A DNA stretch of 64,000 bases from Dehalococcoidia bacterium (GCA_011174815.1 DUFF01000069.1:5603-69602), one strand, 5' to 3'; counted from the first letter of the stretch, positions 46,071 through 56,699 are shown. Made by a program: numbers and translations. The notes: a model not told the origin generated them from the letters alone.

Positions 46071-46780
46071 CAGTCGATCTCGCTGTCTAATTCCCCTATA
46101 TCCTTTGCCTTGAAAGGCAATCGGGACATCCAAGCTTTCCGGTCCATTATATCCCGGTCAAAAAGCAAACGGTTCCAAAGCACCCTTTTTTTACTGACCG
46201 ATGTAGCCTCAGTCGCCCTTGGCGCCACCAGGCGTTTTATCACCACTACCAGAAATAAAGTCAGGAAACCCAGCGTTGTCGCCACCGGTTCGTAAAAGGC
46301 GCCAACGATGGGCAACGAAGTTATACTTACCAGCACCGGCAGCGGTGAGCTGCGCAATATAATGGTGCCAACGGCAAGACAGGCGAAACAGGTGATTATC
46401 GGCCAGGGTGACATCCTGTTGATTAATGGGAGAATAAGGACAACTCCCATGGTGGTAGCGATGCCCCGTCCACCGCTGAAACGCAGAAAAACGGACCAGT
46501 TGTGCCCGGCGACTGCCGCCGCACCCACAATCAGCTGCTGGGTCACGCTCAGCCCTAGGAGATGTGCTACCCAGACCATGGCCATTCCCTTGCCTAGGTC
46601 AAAGGCACCAATCGGTATACCGAGCCTCCAGGAAGTCATCCGCCATAGGTTGCCACCACCTACCTGACCTGTGCCGTGCCGCCTGATGTCTATGCCAAGG
46701 GTGAGTTTGGCCGCAAGGTATGCAGCAGGAATAGAACCGATAAGATAGGCCGCTAGCATCAAGGCAAACCAGATAGCCAT
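46070..46780 (-). CDS. plsY: Glycerol-3-phosphate acyltransferase PlsY-like
   Basis: 236 aa starting YLIGSIPAAYLAAKL, with a GTGQVGGGNLWR region, SGGRGIAT, and a polytopic topology. Confidence 0.7.
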   Translation of the reverse strand: MAIWFALMLAAYLIGSIPAAYLAAKLTLGIDIRRHGTGQVGGGNLWRMTSWRLGIPIGAFDLGKGMAMVWVAHLLGLSVTQQLIVGAAAVAGHNWSVFLRFSGGRGIATTMGVVLILPLINRMSPWPIITCFACLAVGTIILRSSPLPVLVSITSLPIVGAFYEPVATTLGFLTLFLVVVIKRLVAPRATEATSVSKKRVLWNRLLFDRDIMDRKAWMSRLPFKAKDIGELDSEID

Positions 46781-46800
46781 AGGCTCTCCGCAAGAATGAC

Positions 46801-47655
46801 TTACTTTAAATAGGCTAACTTTAACATTTTTGGCTCGGCCCGTGCAATCAGCCCATCTACCGCCGCCATGGGTACTTCCACTCCGCCGATCAGGGTCTCA
46901 TTGCTCTCATCCAGGCCGTGATAATCAGTGCCACCGGTAACCATCAGCCCGTGGTTTTTCGCCAGGGCAAGGAGGGCGCCAATCTCTTCGTTGGCATAAC
47001 CATTGTAATAGGCTTCAATACCTGCCATCCCGGCAGCTTTCAGTTCCACAATTAAAGCTTCCGGTTCCGGGACAGTGAACGGGTGCGCCATCACGGCTAC
47101 GCCACGGTTGCGCAATATCAACTGCACGGCCTCCACCGGGGTCAATTTTTCCCGCTCCACGTAGGCCGGGCCGTCACGCGCGATGTATTTGTCAAACGCT
47201 TCCTTGATGGTACCGATATATCCCTTCTCCAGCATCGCCCGCGCGATATGGGGTCGGCCAACGGCACCGCTGCCGGCGATTTCCCGAACACGTTCCCAGC
47301 TTATGTTGACTCCGAGTCCGGCGAGCTTGGCCACCATCCCCTGCGCCCGGCTTTCCCGGGAATGACGAAACCGCTCCAGCGCTGCCGCGAGCTCCTTGCT
47401 GGTGTAATCAATGAAGTAGCCCAGGATATGAACCTCGCCTCTGGGAACGTCCGTGCTCACTTCCACGCCGGGGATAAGTTGAGGCTGTTTTAGCTTCCGC
47501 GCTTCCTCAATGGCCGGTGCAATTCCGTCAATCGAGTCGTGATCGGCCAGGGCAATGACTTCCAGGCCGAGCTCCACCGCCTTGCGGACGATTTCCTGCG
47601 GTCGATGTCTTCCATCCGAGGCGGTGGAATGAATGTGCAGGTCAACCTTGCTCAC
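46801..47655 (-). CDS. PHP-domain phosphoesterase (TrpH/YciV-like)
   Basis: 284 aa with VDLHIHSTASDGR, ALADHD and GGTDYHG. Confidence 0.85.
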   Translation of the reverse strand: MSKVDLHIHSTASDGRHRPQEIVRKAVELGLEVIALADHDSIDGIAPAIEEARKLKQPQLIPGVEVSTDVPRGEVHILGYFIDYTSKELAAALERFRHSRESRAQGMVAKLAGLGVNISWERVREIAGSGAVGRPHIARAMLEKGYIGTIKEAFDKYIARDGPAYVEREKLTPVEAVQLILRNRGVAVMAHPFTVPEPEALIVELKAAGMAGIEAYYNGYANEEIGALLALAKNHGLMVTGGTDYHGLDESNETLIGGVEVPMAAVDGLIARAEPKMLKLAYLK

Positions 47656-48425
47656 GGCCTCTCCAGCTGCCGGCAGATGCGTTCTATCTTTATCGCCCGG
47701 CCACTATCCCCATCCACATCAACTAGGACGGCATTTAAAACCGGCTTCCCTTTTCCCACGGAAAGATGATGGGGCATTCCGGTGAGAAAACGCCGGATGA
47801 CCGCATCCGCATCATCGCCGATGATGGAATCGGTCGGGCCGGTCATGCCGATGTCAGTTACGTAAGCGGTGCCGCCGGGCAGTATCTGCGCATCAATGGT
47901 ACCAACATGGGTGTGGGTACCCAAGACGGCGCTTACCCTGCCGTCCAGATACCTTCCCATGGCCATTTTCTCCGAGGTTGCTTCGGCGTGAAAATCAACG
48001 ATGACCGCCGGTGGCCTGCCTTTGGTCTCTTCCAGAAGCCTGTCCATCGCCCGGAAGGGGCAGTCGATATCATTCATGAAGGTCCGGCCCATCAGATTGA
48101 CCACCATCGTCTGACCGGTGATGAGGTAGCCCCTCCCCGGCACCCCCTCGGGATAATTCAGCGGACGCAGAATCGGCATTTCGCCGTCAAGATTGGGGAT
48201 GATATCTTTCTGCGCCCAGATATGGTTCCCCGAGGTCAGTACGTGAACGCCGGCCTCGATAAGCTCCCGGGCGATGGCTGCAGTCAGCCCGAAACCGCCG
48301 GCGGCATTTTCGGCGTTGGCAATCACCATATCCAGCCGGCGCTCGCGCCACAGTCGCGGCAGGACCTCAAACACGGCCTTCCGGCCGGGCTGGCCGACGA
48401 TGTCACCGATTACCAGTACCAGCAT
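47652..48425 (-). CDS. ymdB: YmdB-family metallophosphoesterase (TIGR00282-like)
   Basis: 257 aa with MLVLVIGDIVGQPGR, NAENAAGGFG and DFHAEATSEK. Lies downstream of rny, as in Firmicutes. Confidence 0.88.
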   Translation of the reverse strand: MLVLVIGDIVGQPGRKAVFEVLPRLWRERRLDMVIANAENAAGGFGLTAAIARELIEAGVHVLTSGNHIWAQKDIIPNLDGEMPILRPLNYPEGVPGRGYLITGQTMVVNLMGRTFMNDIDCPFRAMDRLLEETKGRPPAVIVDFHAEATSEKMAMGRYLDGRVSAVLGTHTHVGTIDAQILPGGTAYVTDIGMTGPTDSIIGDDADAVIRRFLTGMPHHLSVGKGKPVLNAVLVDVDGDSGRAIKIERICRQLERP

Positions 48426-48434
48426 CTGTGTCCC

Positions 48435-49979
48435 TTACTTCGCAAAGTCAACAGCCCTGGTCTCCCTAAGCACGGTTACTTTTATCTGTCCCGGGTACTC
48501 AAGGCCCTCTTCTATCTTCTTCACAATGTCCCGAGCGAGCCGCATCGAGCCCAAGTCATCGATTTCCTCCGGCTTGACCAGGATACGGATTTCCCGTCCG
48601 GCCTGAATGGCGTAGGACTTCTCCACGCCCTTGAAGTCATTGGCGATATCTTCCAGAGCTTTCATTCGCTTCAGGTAATTCTCCAGCGATTCACGCCGGG
48701 CGCCCGGTCTGGCACTGCTTATGGCATCCGCCGCCGAGATGATGAACCCCCACATGCTGACGCTCTCCGTCTCCAGATGGTGCTCAGCAATGCCCTGCAC
48801 CACCTCTGGCGACTTGTCCCACTGCTTCACCAGATCAGCGCCAATCTGAGCGTGGGTACCCTCTACCTCGCGGTCAACCGCCTTGCCCAAGTCATGGAGA
48901 AGCCCCGCCCTTTTGGCGATGCCCACGTTAGCCCCCAGCTCGGAGGCGATCATACCGGCGATGTAGGCGGTCTCAATGCTGTGCTGCAAGCTGTTCTGCC
49001 CGTAGCTGGTGCGGTATTTCAGCCGGCCCAGCAGCCGGATAATCTCCGGCCTCAGTCCGTGCACGCCAACCTGATAGGCTGCCTGCTCACCAGCAGCGTT
49101 GATATCCGCCTCCACGTCTTCTTTTGCCTTGGCAACCACTTCCTCAATACGCGCCGGATGGATGCGACCGTCAAGGATTAGCTTATTTAAAGCGTTACGG
49201 GCGATCTCCCGCCGTATCGGGTCAAAACTGGAAAGCGTAACTGCCTCAGGGGTATCGTCAATAATCAGGTCAACGCCAGTCGCCTGCTCCAATGCCCTGA
49301 TATTGCGTCCTTCACGGCCGATGAGCCTCCCTTTCATTTCGTCACTGGGCAGCGGCACCACGGCCACCGTGGACTCGGTAACGATCTCGGAGGCGCTGCG
49401 CTGAATCGCCTGAGAGAGGATTTCCTGAGCTTTCTCATCAGCTTCTTCTTTCAGCTTGATTTCCCACTCGCGAAGTCGCCGTGAGGTCTCCTGCTCCATC
49501 TCCACCTGCATGGCATCGATGAGCTGCTGACGCGCCTCGGCACTGGACATCCCCGAAATCAACTCAAGCTGCTTTAACTGCCTGTCTCTGAGCTCGCCAA
49601 GCTGGCCGCGGATGGACTCGATTTCCTTTTCCCTGCCGGCCAGACCGCGTTCGCGCTGCTCAACGCTTTCCAGTTTCCTGTCCAGGTTTTCTATTTTCTG
49701 GCTCAAACGGTTTTCCTGGCGCTGCAGCTCAGAACGCCGCTCGCGATATTCGGCATCAACCGATGATTTAGTCTTTCTCGCCTCTTCCTGAGCCTCATTC
49801 AACACCACTCTGGCCTCATCTCTGGCTTCGCCCAGCATTTTGGCCGCTTTGCGTTCGGCAATGCGGATCTGCCGGTTGAACATCACCCGGCGAAAGATAA
49901 AAGCCGCCATACCGCCAAAGACAACGCCAATGACAAAGGCAAAGAATATTGCCAGAATTACAATAACATCCAATCCCAT
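48435..49979 (-). CDS. rny: Ribonuclease Y
   Basis: 514 aa with an N-terminal TM helix, a coiled coil, a KH domain ([12 protein letters not shown]) and an HD domain (LLHDLGKA). Confidence 0.92.
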   Translation of the reverse strand: MGLDVIVILAIFFAFVIGVVFGGMAAFIFRRVMFNRQIRIAERKAAKMLGEARDEARVVLNEAQEEARKTKSSVDAEYRERRSELQRQENRLSQKIENLDRKLESVEQRERGLAGREKEIESIRGQLGELRDRQLKQLELISGMSSAEARQQLIDAMQVEMEQETSRRLREWEIKLKEEADEKAQEILSQAIQRSASEIVTESTVAVVPLPSDEMKGRLIGREGRNIRALEQATGVDLIIDDTPEAVTLSSFDPIRREIARNALNKLILDGRIHPARIEEVVAKAKEDVEADINAAGEQAAYQVGVHGLRPEIIRLLGRLKYRTSYGQNSLQHSIETAYIAGMIASELGANVGIAKRAGLLHDLGKAVDREVEGTHAQIGADLVKQWDKSPEVVQGIAEHHLETESVSMWGFIISAADAISSARPGARRESLENYLKRMKALEDIANDFKGVEKSYAIQAGREIRILVKPEEIDDLGSMRLARDIVKKIEEGLEYPGQIKVTVLRETRAVDFAK

Positions 49980-50059
49980 TGTATCACCCCCTTCTTTTTA
50001 CTTTTATTTATCGGGGGCAGCTTAAGACAGCCATGTCATTGAGTTTCACAAGGCATAAA

Positions 50060-50695
50060 CTATCCCGAGCTATTCCCTCGTTCCTGCCATATCCTGTCCA
50101 CAGTATGGCCAATGACTTCATAGTTAAAGCCCCGACGCCGTAGATAGTCACCTAGCCGGCGCCGGAAGCTCTGATAGTCAGCCGGTGTGCCCCGGCGCGT
50201 CTTCCGCAGTGCCGCCCGGTAGGCATTTTCACCATCATCTATACCAGCTACCGCTTGCTCGATGGTGCCTTCCAGTACTCCCATCCGCTTTAATTCCCGT
50301 TCGGTGAGCCACCGGCTTCTCGGGCTGAACGAGTCCCGGTTCTCCTTCCAGAACCGGGCAAAGGCCTCGTCATCTACAAGCGCCTGCTCCCTCAGCCGGG
50401 CAATGGCCGCGTCTACGGTTTCCATGGCAAAGCCGCGGCGCTGCATACGCTCCCTGATTTCAGATTCGCTGCGTGGACGGTAACTGAGGTAGCGGTAAGC
50501 CGCCCCCAGACAGCGCTGCAACTGGTCACTGCCAGTCAGTGCCTCGACTTGGTCGCTAGTCAGTTCCTGGCCTACCTGCAGGTTTTCTTTCGCCACCACT
50601 TCAGCTCCCAGGCTGAAGGCGAACCTGCCGTCCAGATATATATTTATTCTCTTCTGTTTTCTCTTCCCTTCGCGGAGGTCGGTAATCCTGCTCAC
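50060..50695 (-). CDS. recX: RecX recombination regulator
   Basis: Has INIYLDGRFAFSL...LSYRPRSESEIRERM repeats. The ORF-track start (50734) lies inside the recA terminator hairpin, so I use the GTG at 50695. The start is uncertain. Confidence 0.8.
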   Translation of the reverse strand: MSRITDLREGKRKQKRINIYLDGRFAFSLGAEVVAKENLQVGQELTSDQVEALTGSDQLQRCLGAAYRYLSYRPRSESEIRERMQRRGFAMETVDAAIARLREQALVDDEAFARFWKENRDSFSPRSRWLTERELKRMGVLEGTIEQAVAGIDDGENAYRAALRKTRRGTPADYQSFRRRLGDYLRRRGFNYEVIGHTVDRIWQERGNSSG

Positions 50696-50708
50696 CTTAT
50701 TTAACCCC

Positions 50709-50746
50709 ACAAAAAACACAGGGCTGAAGCCCATGCCTCAGCCCTG
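50709..50746 (-). terminator. Rho-independent terminator between recA and recX
   Basis: The minus strand reads cagggctgaggcatgggcttcagccctg (a 9-bp perfect stem plus 2 further pairs) followed by tgttttttgt. Confidence 0.7.
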
Positions 50747-50788
50747 CACTTTCTACGCTATTCAGTTTTTTAATATTCCAAAATGCCC

Positions 50789-51802
50789 CTATTCATCGGG
50801 CATAGCAATATGAGTGGTATTGGCTGAGGCCCTTATTTTCTGTTCCATTTCCTGGGCAAGTTCTGCATTCCGCGCCAAGAATTGCTTGGCCGCTTCCCGG
50901 CCTTGCCCGAGGCGGACATCACCGTAGGAGAGAAAAGCACCAGCCTTGCTTACCAATTCCATTTCCAGACCGAGGTCGATAAGATTGCCTTCCCAGCTTA
51001 TGCCGTGGTCAAACATGATATCGAATTCGGCATTGCGGAAAGGAGGGGCAACTTTATTTTTCACGACCTTGGCCCTGACGTGGCTTCCGATGGCTTCGTT
51101 TCCCTGCTTGATGGTTTCCACGCGCCTGAGCTCGATGCGTACCGAGCTGTAGAACTTGAGCGCCCTGCCGCCCGGCGTTACCTCGGGATTGCCGAAGATA
51201 ATGCCGACCTTTTCCCGGAGCTGGTTGATGAAGATGACCGCCGTTCCGGAGCGGCCAATGGCCGCTGCCAGCTTGCGCAGAGCCTGTGACATCAGACGCG
51301 CCTGCAGACCCACCTGCGGCTCCCCCATATCCCCCTCTATTTCGGCCCGGGGGACCAGCGCCGCCACGCTGTCAATGACGATGGCATCAATGGCGCTGCT
51401 CCTCACCAGCGCCTCGCAGATTTCCAGCGCCTGCTCCCCGGTATCCGGCTGGGAGATGAGCAGTTCCTCAACATTAACACCGCAATTCGCCGCATAGGAT
51501 GGGTCTAAGGCATGTTCAGCATCAATATAGGCAGCCATACCGCCGCGTTTCTGTGATTCCGCAATGATGTGCTGGGCAAGGGTGGTCTTCCCGGATGCCT
51601 CCGGACCGAATATCTCCGTGATCCGACCCCTGGGAATGCCGCCCACGCCCAAGGCCAAATCTAGAGCCAGCGAGCCACTGGAAATAGCTTCCACGGGCGG
51701 TATCCCCGCAGACTTCCCCAGCTTCATAATGGAGCCTTTGCCGAACCTTTTCTCGATCTGGCCAATCGTTAGCTCTAGGGCCTTCTCTCTTTCGGTAATC
51801 AT
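50789..51802 (-). CDS. recA: Recombinase RecA
   Basis: 337 aa with [10 protein letters not shown], the [18 protein letters not shown] region and [10 protein letters not shown]. Confidence 0.95.
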   Translation of the reverse strand: MITEREKALELTIGQIEKRFGKGSIMKLGKSAGIPPVEAISSGSLALDLALGVGGIPRGRITEIFGPEASGKTTLAQHIIAESQKRGGMAAYIDAEHALDPSYAANCGVNVEELLISQPDTGEQALEICEALVRSSAIDAIVIDSVAALVPRAEIEGDMGEPQVGLQARLMSQALRKLAAAIGRSGTAVIFINQLREKVGIIFGNPEVTPGGRALKFYSSVRIELRRVETIKQGNEAIGSHVRAKVVKNKVAPPFRNAEFDIMFDHGISWEGNLIDLGLEMELVSKAGAFLSYGDVRLGQGREAAKQFLARNAELAQEMEQKIRASANTTHIAMPDE

Positions 51803-51962
51803 CTGCCTCTTTTACATAATAGCAGACAATGTTAAGCAAAACAAGAGAAAAAGCTATCATAGATATATGCGAAATAAAAAAGATTCAGATAATATGGACA
51901 AATAATTATGAGGAGCTATAATGAATGACAATTGTACCTTGATATGAGTCAAGGAGGAAGAA

Positions 51963-52808
51963 ATGTGTGAATTCTGTCATAAGCATGGAGAAGGCAAGAA
52001 GTGGTATCTGCAGGCCAAGAACTACTCAGAGGACCTGTTGAGTGACCTGAGACGGCGCAACTTCATTGCCGATTTTTTCTCAAAGCCGGAAGACCTTACG
52101 GAAAATGTGGGGAAGCTGGAAAAACTGAGCCGGGCACCGTCTTTCGTGAGAAACGTGCTAACGCCGTATATATCAGGCAGGCAGAAGAAAATACACTTTG
52201 GCCAGGTCCTGCCCATGGAGGACGTTGAACGCATTTTCGGTTTCGTCAGCTCCATTGTCCGGGTGGCATGTATCTGCCGTCAGGCCAATCTGGGCACGGA
52301 GCAGCGTTACTGCTATGGAATCAGCATGGCGCCGCAGGGGGGAGAGATGCGGAAAATAATAGAGGAAATTGACGCCAGTTACCTGACGGGGCCGGATTCG
52401 GTCGGCCTGGAAACACTTACCAAAAAAGAAGCTCTGGATAGCTTCCGCCAGCATGAGAAGGAAGGCCTCTGCCATAGCGTATGGACCTTCATCACCCCAT
52501 TCATCGGGGGTATCTGCAACTGTGACCGCTCAGACTGCGACGCGATGCGCGCCACAGTGACGTACGGCGTGCCGCTCATGTTCCGCGCCGAGTACGTGGC
52601 GGAGGTGAACCCGGAACTGTACAACGGGTGCCGCCAGTGTATGCGTGTCTGCCAGTTCGGCGCCATAGGCTACAGCGCGGCGTATAAAAAAGTGGTAATT
52701 GACCCGCGGCGCTGTTACGGCTGTGGCGTTTGCCGCGCCAGCTGCACCAAGGATGCCATCACGCTTCACGACCGCGCCAGCGTACCCGTAGCAGCCAATA
52801 TATGGTAA
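51963..52808 (+). CDS. Cysteine-rich Fe-S protein with C-terminal 2x[4Fe-4S] ferredoxin motifs
   Basis: 281 aa with an N-terminal MCEFCHKHGEGKKWYL and C-terminal CRQCMRVCQFGAI and CYGCGVCRASCTKDAI. Function unknown. Confidence 0.6.
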   Translation: MCEFCHKHGEGKKWYLQAKNYSEDLLSDLRRRNFIADFFSKPEDLTENVGKLEKLSRAPSFVRNVLTPYISGRQKKIHFGQVLPMEDVERIFGFVSSIVRVACICRQANLGTEQRYCYGISMAPQGGEMRKIIEEIDASYLTGPDSVGLETLTKKEALDSFRQHEKEGLCHSVWTFITPFIGGICNCDRSDCDAMRATVTYGVPLMFRAEYVAEVNPELYNGCRQCMRVCQFGAIGYSAAYKKVVIDPRRCYGCGVCRASCTKDAITLHDRASVPVAANIW

Positions 52809-52830
52809 CTCTGATAAGAGAGCGCCCTTC

Positions 52831-53559
52831 TTAAAACTCCGGTACCGGGGGCAGGGAGCGCTTGTGAGTGCTATTTGCCATCATTGACTCGATCTTTCTC
52901 CGTACTTCATCAGGGACTGTGCCGGAAAGAATAAAACCATCAAGTGCCTCGTAGCTTACGCCCATCTCGGCCTCATCGGTCTGCCCCTCCCACAGCCCCG
53001 CCGAGGGGGGCTTGTCAATAATCTCCCCGGGAATGTCCAGATACCGGGCCAGCTCTCTTACCTGTCCCTTGACCATATTGCCCAGGGGCATGATGTCCAC
53101 ACCGCCATCTCCGTATTTGGTGAAGTAGCCGATGGCGACCTCGCTGCGGTTGCTCGAGCCGGCGACAATGTATCTGAGCTGATTGGCAATGTAGTAAAGC
53201 GTGACCATCCGCAACCTTGGCTTCAGGTTGGCCTGTGCCAGGTGCCGGAGAGAAGTATCAGATTTGAAAGCGGGCAACGCTTTAAGCAAAGCTGAATAAA
53301 TGTCATCAAGAACCACCTCGACCGTGGGAAGAGCGAATTTCTCAGCCACCGCCTGGGCATGCGCCTTATCGTCAGGGTGGCTGTGGCAGGGCATCATCAC
53401 GCCCAGTGTGCTCTCCGGAAATGCCCGCTGGCACAACGCCGCCACCACCGCAGAGTCAATGCCGCCGCTCATCCCCACCACCACTCCCAGGCATCCTCTG
53501 GCCGTTACCTCTTCCCTTATCCACGAAACCAGCTTATCGGCTAAAGCCTCGATATCCAT
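52831..53559 (-). CDS. nadE: NH3-dependent NAD+ synthetase
   Basis: 242 aa with the PP-loop VVGMSGGIDSAV. Confidence 0.88.
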   Translation of the reverse strand: MDIEALADKLVSWIREEVTARGCLGVVVGMSGGIDSAVVAALCQRAFPESTLGVMMPCHSHPDDKAHAQAVAEKFALPTVEVVLDDIYSALLKALPAFKSDTSLRHLAQANLKPRLRMVTLYYIANQLRYIVAGSSNRSEVAIGYFTKYGDGGVDIMPLGNMVKGQVRELARYLDIPGEIIDKPPSAGLWEGQTDEAEMGVSYEALDGFILSGTVPDEVRRKIESMMANSTHKRSLPPVPEF

Positions 53560-53676
53560 GAATACCTCCGTGGTGGTTCTGCGTTATCGCCAGTATACTA
53601 CGGCACGGTGGAGTGGTCAAAGCAGCGGTATACTTTTTACTCCCGTTATTATATACTCGACACGGGAGGTGATGGT

Positions 53677-54825
53677 ATGTCTCTAAGCCACCGTGAAAGG
53701 GTGCTCAAAGCGTTGCGCCACCAAGAACCGGACCGGGTTCCCATTGACCTGGGCAGCACCAACAACAGCAGCATTCACATCAAAGGCTATCAGCAGCTTA
53801 AAGCACACTTTGGTGTGAAGGACGAGGACGTAATCATCCACCGGATGATGCAGACGGCGGCCGTGCATGAAAAAATCCTGCAGGCCCTGGATATTGACCT
53901 CCGCTACGTGGCCTTCGGCGCCTCTGACAGCAAACCGGATAAGCCGTTCGGTGAGGACGGATATGAGGACGAATGGGGTGTCCTCCGCCGCATGCCGTCA
54001 ACCTCTCTGTACTATGACCTGGTCAAGTCGCCTCTTGCCGGGGCCATAACAGTTCAGGATATTGTTAATTACCCGGTGCCTGACCCCACCGACCCCGGCT
54101 ATACCCGGGGAGTCAGGGATAAGCTTAAGCACTATAAAGAGAACACCGATTACGCCGTGGTGCTGCGTCTGCCATCGGTATTCGTGCATACCACGCAGTA
54201 CCTGCGCGGTTTTGAGGACTGGTTCACCGACCTCGCCGCCGATAAGAAGCTGGCCGGCGCTCTGTTTGACCTCGTCTCTGACCAGACCACTGCCCTGGCT
54301 GCGGAACTTCTGAAAATCGGCGGTGACCTTGTTGACATCGTGGTGACCAGCGACGATATGGGATTCCAGAACGGGCCCATCGTCTCCCCGGAGCTTTACC
54401 GGGAGCTGTTAAAGCCGCGCCACAAGAAATTCTTTGACACCATCAAAAAGCATACCTCGGCCTTTGTTCACTTCCACTGCTGTGGCTCCATCCACAAGCT
54501 GCTGCCTGACCTGATCGACATCGGCGTTGACGTGATTCATCCGGTGCAGGTTGCGGCCAGAGACATGGACTCCAGCAAGCTGGTCGCTGACTTCGGCGAC
54601 CGCCTGAGCTTCTGGGGCGGCATAGACACCCAGTTCGTGCTGCCCAAGGGAAGCCCCGACGACGTCAAAGCGGAAGTAAAACGGCGTATCAGGGACCTTG
54701 CTCCCGACGGCGGCTATATACTGGGAGCGGTACATAACATCCAGCCGGACGTGCCGGTGGAGAACATCCTCGCCATGTATGAGGCCGCCAAAGATTACGG
54801 CCGGTACCCGATTTCTCCGGACTGA
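53677..54825 (+). CDS. Uroporphyrinogen decarboxylase (URO-D) family protein, MtaA/CmuA-like
   Basis: Start at MSLSHRERVLKALRHQEPDRVPIDLG (SD gggaggtg). The ORF-track start is 53608. It has a URO-D fold pattern, and ERV..AL......DRVP is typical of the family. Confidence 0.75.
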   Translation: MSLSHRERVLKALRHQEPDRVPIDLGSTNNSSIHIKGYQQLKAHFGVKDEDVIIHRMMQTAAVHEKILQALDIDLRYVAFGASDSKPDKPFGEDGYEDEWGVLRRMPSTSLYYDLVKSPLAGAITVQDIVNYPVPDPTDPGYTRGVRDKLKHYKENTDYAVVLRLPSVFVHTTQYLRGFEDWFTDLAADKKLAGALFDLVSDQTTALAAELLKIGGDLVDIVVTSDDMGFQNGPIVSPELYRELLKPRHKKFFDTIKKHTSAFVHFHCCGSIHKLLPDLIDIGVDVIHPVQVAARDMDSSKLVADFGDRLSFWGGIDTQFVLPKGSPDDVKAEVKRRIRDLAPDGGYILGAVHNIQPDVPVENILAMYEAAKDYGRYPISPD

Positions 54826-54873
54826 ATTGACCGGAAGGCCAGGAAGCGGTAAACTTTATACGGGAGTAGCAAA

Positions 54874-55110
54874 ATGCCCATTTACGAATACACCTGCTCC
54901 GATTGCGAGCTTACCTTCGAGTTGATGCGCCCAATCAGCGAGGCGGACAAAGAGGCTCCCTGCCCGCACTGCCACAATCAGGCCCGCCGCATCATGTCCG
55001 CCTGCGTTGCCCTTTCCCGGAACAGCAGCGGGGAAACGTCCCGAGTCTCCGGCACCGGCACCTCATGCGCTACCTGCGGCGCCAGCAGCTGCGCTACCTG
55101 CGGTCATTAA
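54874..55110 (+). CDS. FmdB-family zinc-ribbon protein
   Basis: MPIYEYTCSDCELTFE...CPHC, the CxxC_CxxC_SSSS N-terminus. Confidence 0.85.
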   Translation: MPIYEYTCSDCELTFELMRPISEADKEAPCPHCHNQARRIMSACVALSRNSSGETSRVSGTGTSCATCGASSCATCGH

Positions 55111-55128
55111 CGAGGAGGCAGACGCATA

Positions 55129-56220
55129 ATGACCGTCCCCACCCGGACCGGCATTGCCCACCTCCCCCTCCACCCGGGCAAGGCACCACCCTGGCTATTC
55201 CAGCGCATGGTGAAACTGGCGCGGGAAATCACGCTGGCCATTATTACGGATTTCGGTCCGGAAGAGATGCTGCACCGGCTCTCCCACCCCTACTGGTTCC
55301 AGTCGCTGGGCTGCGTGCTGGGCTTTGACTGGCACAGCAGCGGGGTTACCACCACTCTCTGCGGCGCGGTCAAGGAAGCGGTGCGGGGCTTGGAGCGGGA
55401 CATCGGATTTTACGTGGCCGGAGGCAAGGGAAAGACCTCCCGCCAGACCCCGAACGAACTGGAAAGGTGGGGGGACCGGCTTTCCCTGAACCCTCAGCCA
55501 CTGGTCTATGCCAGCCGTATGTCGGCCAAGGTGGACAGTGCCGCCGTGCAGGATGGCTATCAGCTCTACCACCATACGTTCTTCTTCACCAGCAACGGCC
55601 ACTGGGCGGTGGTGCAGCAGGGCATGAATGAAGCCAACCGTTACGCCCGGCGCTATCACTGGCTGGGGGAAGTGGTCCAGAGCTTCGTCAACGAGCCGCA
55701 TTCAGCGGTGCTCTCCGAAGCCAGGGCACAGGCGCTCAACCTGGTGGCCGGCGAAAGCGACCCGGCACGTACCACCATCACCGGCATCGCCACGGAAGAG
55801 AAGCCGGAGAAAACGTTAGCGGAACTGAAAACCCTGAAAACGCTATCCCTCCCCACCCGCCACCAGATATTAGTTGATGACCTCCACCCCGACAGCCTGA
55901 GCCGGATTCTGCTGAGCACCTACGAGCGCCAGCCGGAAGATTTCGAGCGGCTGCTGGGGCTTTCCGGCGTCGGCGCCAAGACCCTGCGGGCGCTGAGCCT
56001 CATCTCCGAGCTGGTATACGGGGTTGCCCCCAGCTACCGTGACCCCGCCCGCTACACTTTCGCTCACGGCGGCAAGGACGGCATCCCCTACCCTGTGGAT
56101 AGAAAGACCTATGACCAGAGTATTGAGCTGCTCTCCAGCGCTATAAGAAAAGCCAGATTAGGGCTGAGCGAGAAAAATGCGGCATTAAATCGGCTGCAGC
56201 GCATAACTATAAAATATTAG
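55129..56220 (+). CDS. DUF763-domain protein
   Basis: 363 aa. TGIAHLPLHPGKAPPWLFQRMVKLAREI matches my recollection of the DUF763 N-terminus. No known function. Confidence 0.6.
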   Translation: MTVPTRTGIAHLPLHPGKAPPWLFQRMVKLAREITLAIITDFGPEEMLHRLSHPYWFQSLGCVLGFDWHSSGVTTTLCGAVKEAVRGLERDIGFYVAGGKGKTSRQTPNELERWGDRLSLNPQPLVYASRMSAKVDSAAVQDGYQLYHHTFFFTSNGHWAVVQQGMNEANRYARRYHWLGEVVQSFVNEPHSAVLSEARAQALNLVAGESDPARTTITGIATEEKPEKTLAELKTLKTLSLPTRHQILVDDLHPDSLSRILLSTYERQPEDFERLLGLSGVGAKTLRALSLISELVYGVAPSYRDPARYTFAHGGKDGIPYPVDRKTYDQSIELLSSAIRKARLGLSEKNAALNRLQRITIKY

Positions 56221-56233
56221 GGAGGACTAAAAA

Positions 56234-56635
56234 ATGGAGAAAAAAGAACCCCAGGCTACCCAGGAGGAATACGGCAAGTACATTGTTCGCTATGCCGATG
56301 TCCCCACCATAGAACTGGCGCCCGGTATCAAGGCGCAAATCGTATCTGCGGAAAGGATTACCCTCAGTTTTGCCAGCGCCGAGCCGAACGCCCAGCTTTC
56401 TCCACACCGCCACGAACATGAACAGATGCTGCTGGTCCTGGAAGGCTCCGTCGATTTTGTAATCGAGGGCAAACAATACCACATTGAGAAAGGCGATGTC
56501 GTCATTTTGCCATCGAACACGGAACACGGGGCGTATTTTACTGGCCAAGGTGCCCGTGTTATCGATGTCTTTTCCCCGCCCAGGCAGGACTTTGTAGCGA
56601 GACTGGAAGAGGCCAGGAAGAGCCAGCAGGCCTGA
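56234..56635 (+). CDS. Cupin-domain protein
   Basis: 133 aa with PHRHEHEQMLLVLEGS and GDVVILPSNTEHG (cupin motifs 1 and 2). Confidence 0.8.
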   Translation: MEKKEPQATQEEYGKYIVRYADVPTIELAPGIKAQIVSAERITLSFASAEPNAQLSPHRHEHEQMLLVLEGSVDFVIEGKQYHIEKGDVVILPSNTEHGAYFTGQGARVIDVFSPPRQDFVARLEEARKSQQA

Positions 56636-56699
56636 TTCCAGTCAACCGCATTCCGCACGCCAGAGCTTGAAGCTATTGACATTTATAGTATTATATAAG

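Noticed and set aside
47766-49181. 471-aa plus-strand ORF spanning the ymdB and rny loci
   Set aside because: It is antisense to two confidently identified genes. The Arg/Gly/His/Pro-rich composition is typical of antisense frames in GC-rich DNA, and there are no recognisable motifs.
51943-51956. Shared 12-13-mer (t)gagtcaaggagg upstream of both the Fe-S gene (51963) and prxU (56743-56755)
   Set aside because: The shared part is essentially the Shine-Dalgarno plus a few bases. Two copies are not enough to call a regulatory motif.
51803-51962. Looked for a LexA/Cheo-type box (GAAC-N4-GTTC) upstream of recA
   Set aside because: No such motif is present in the recA upstream region on either strand.
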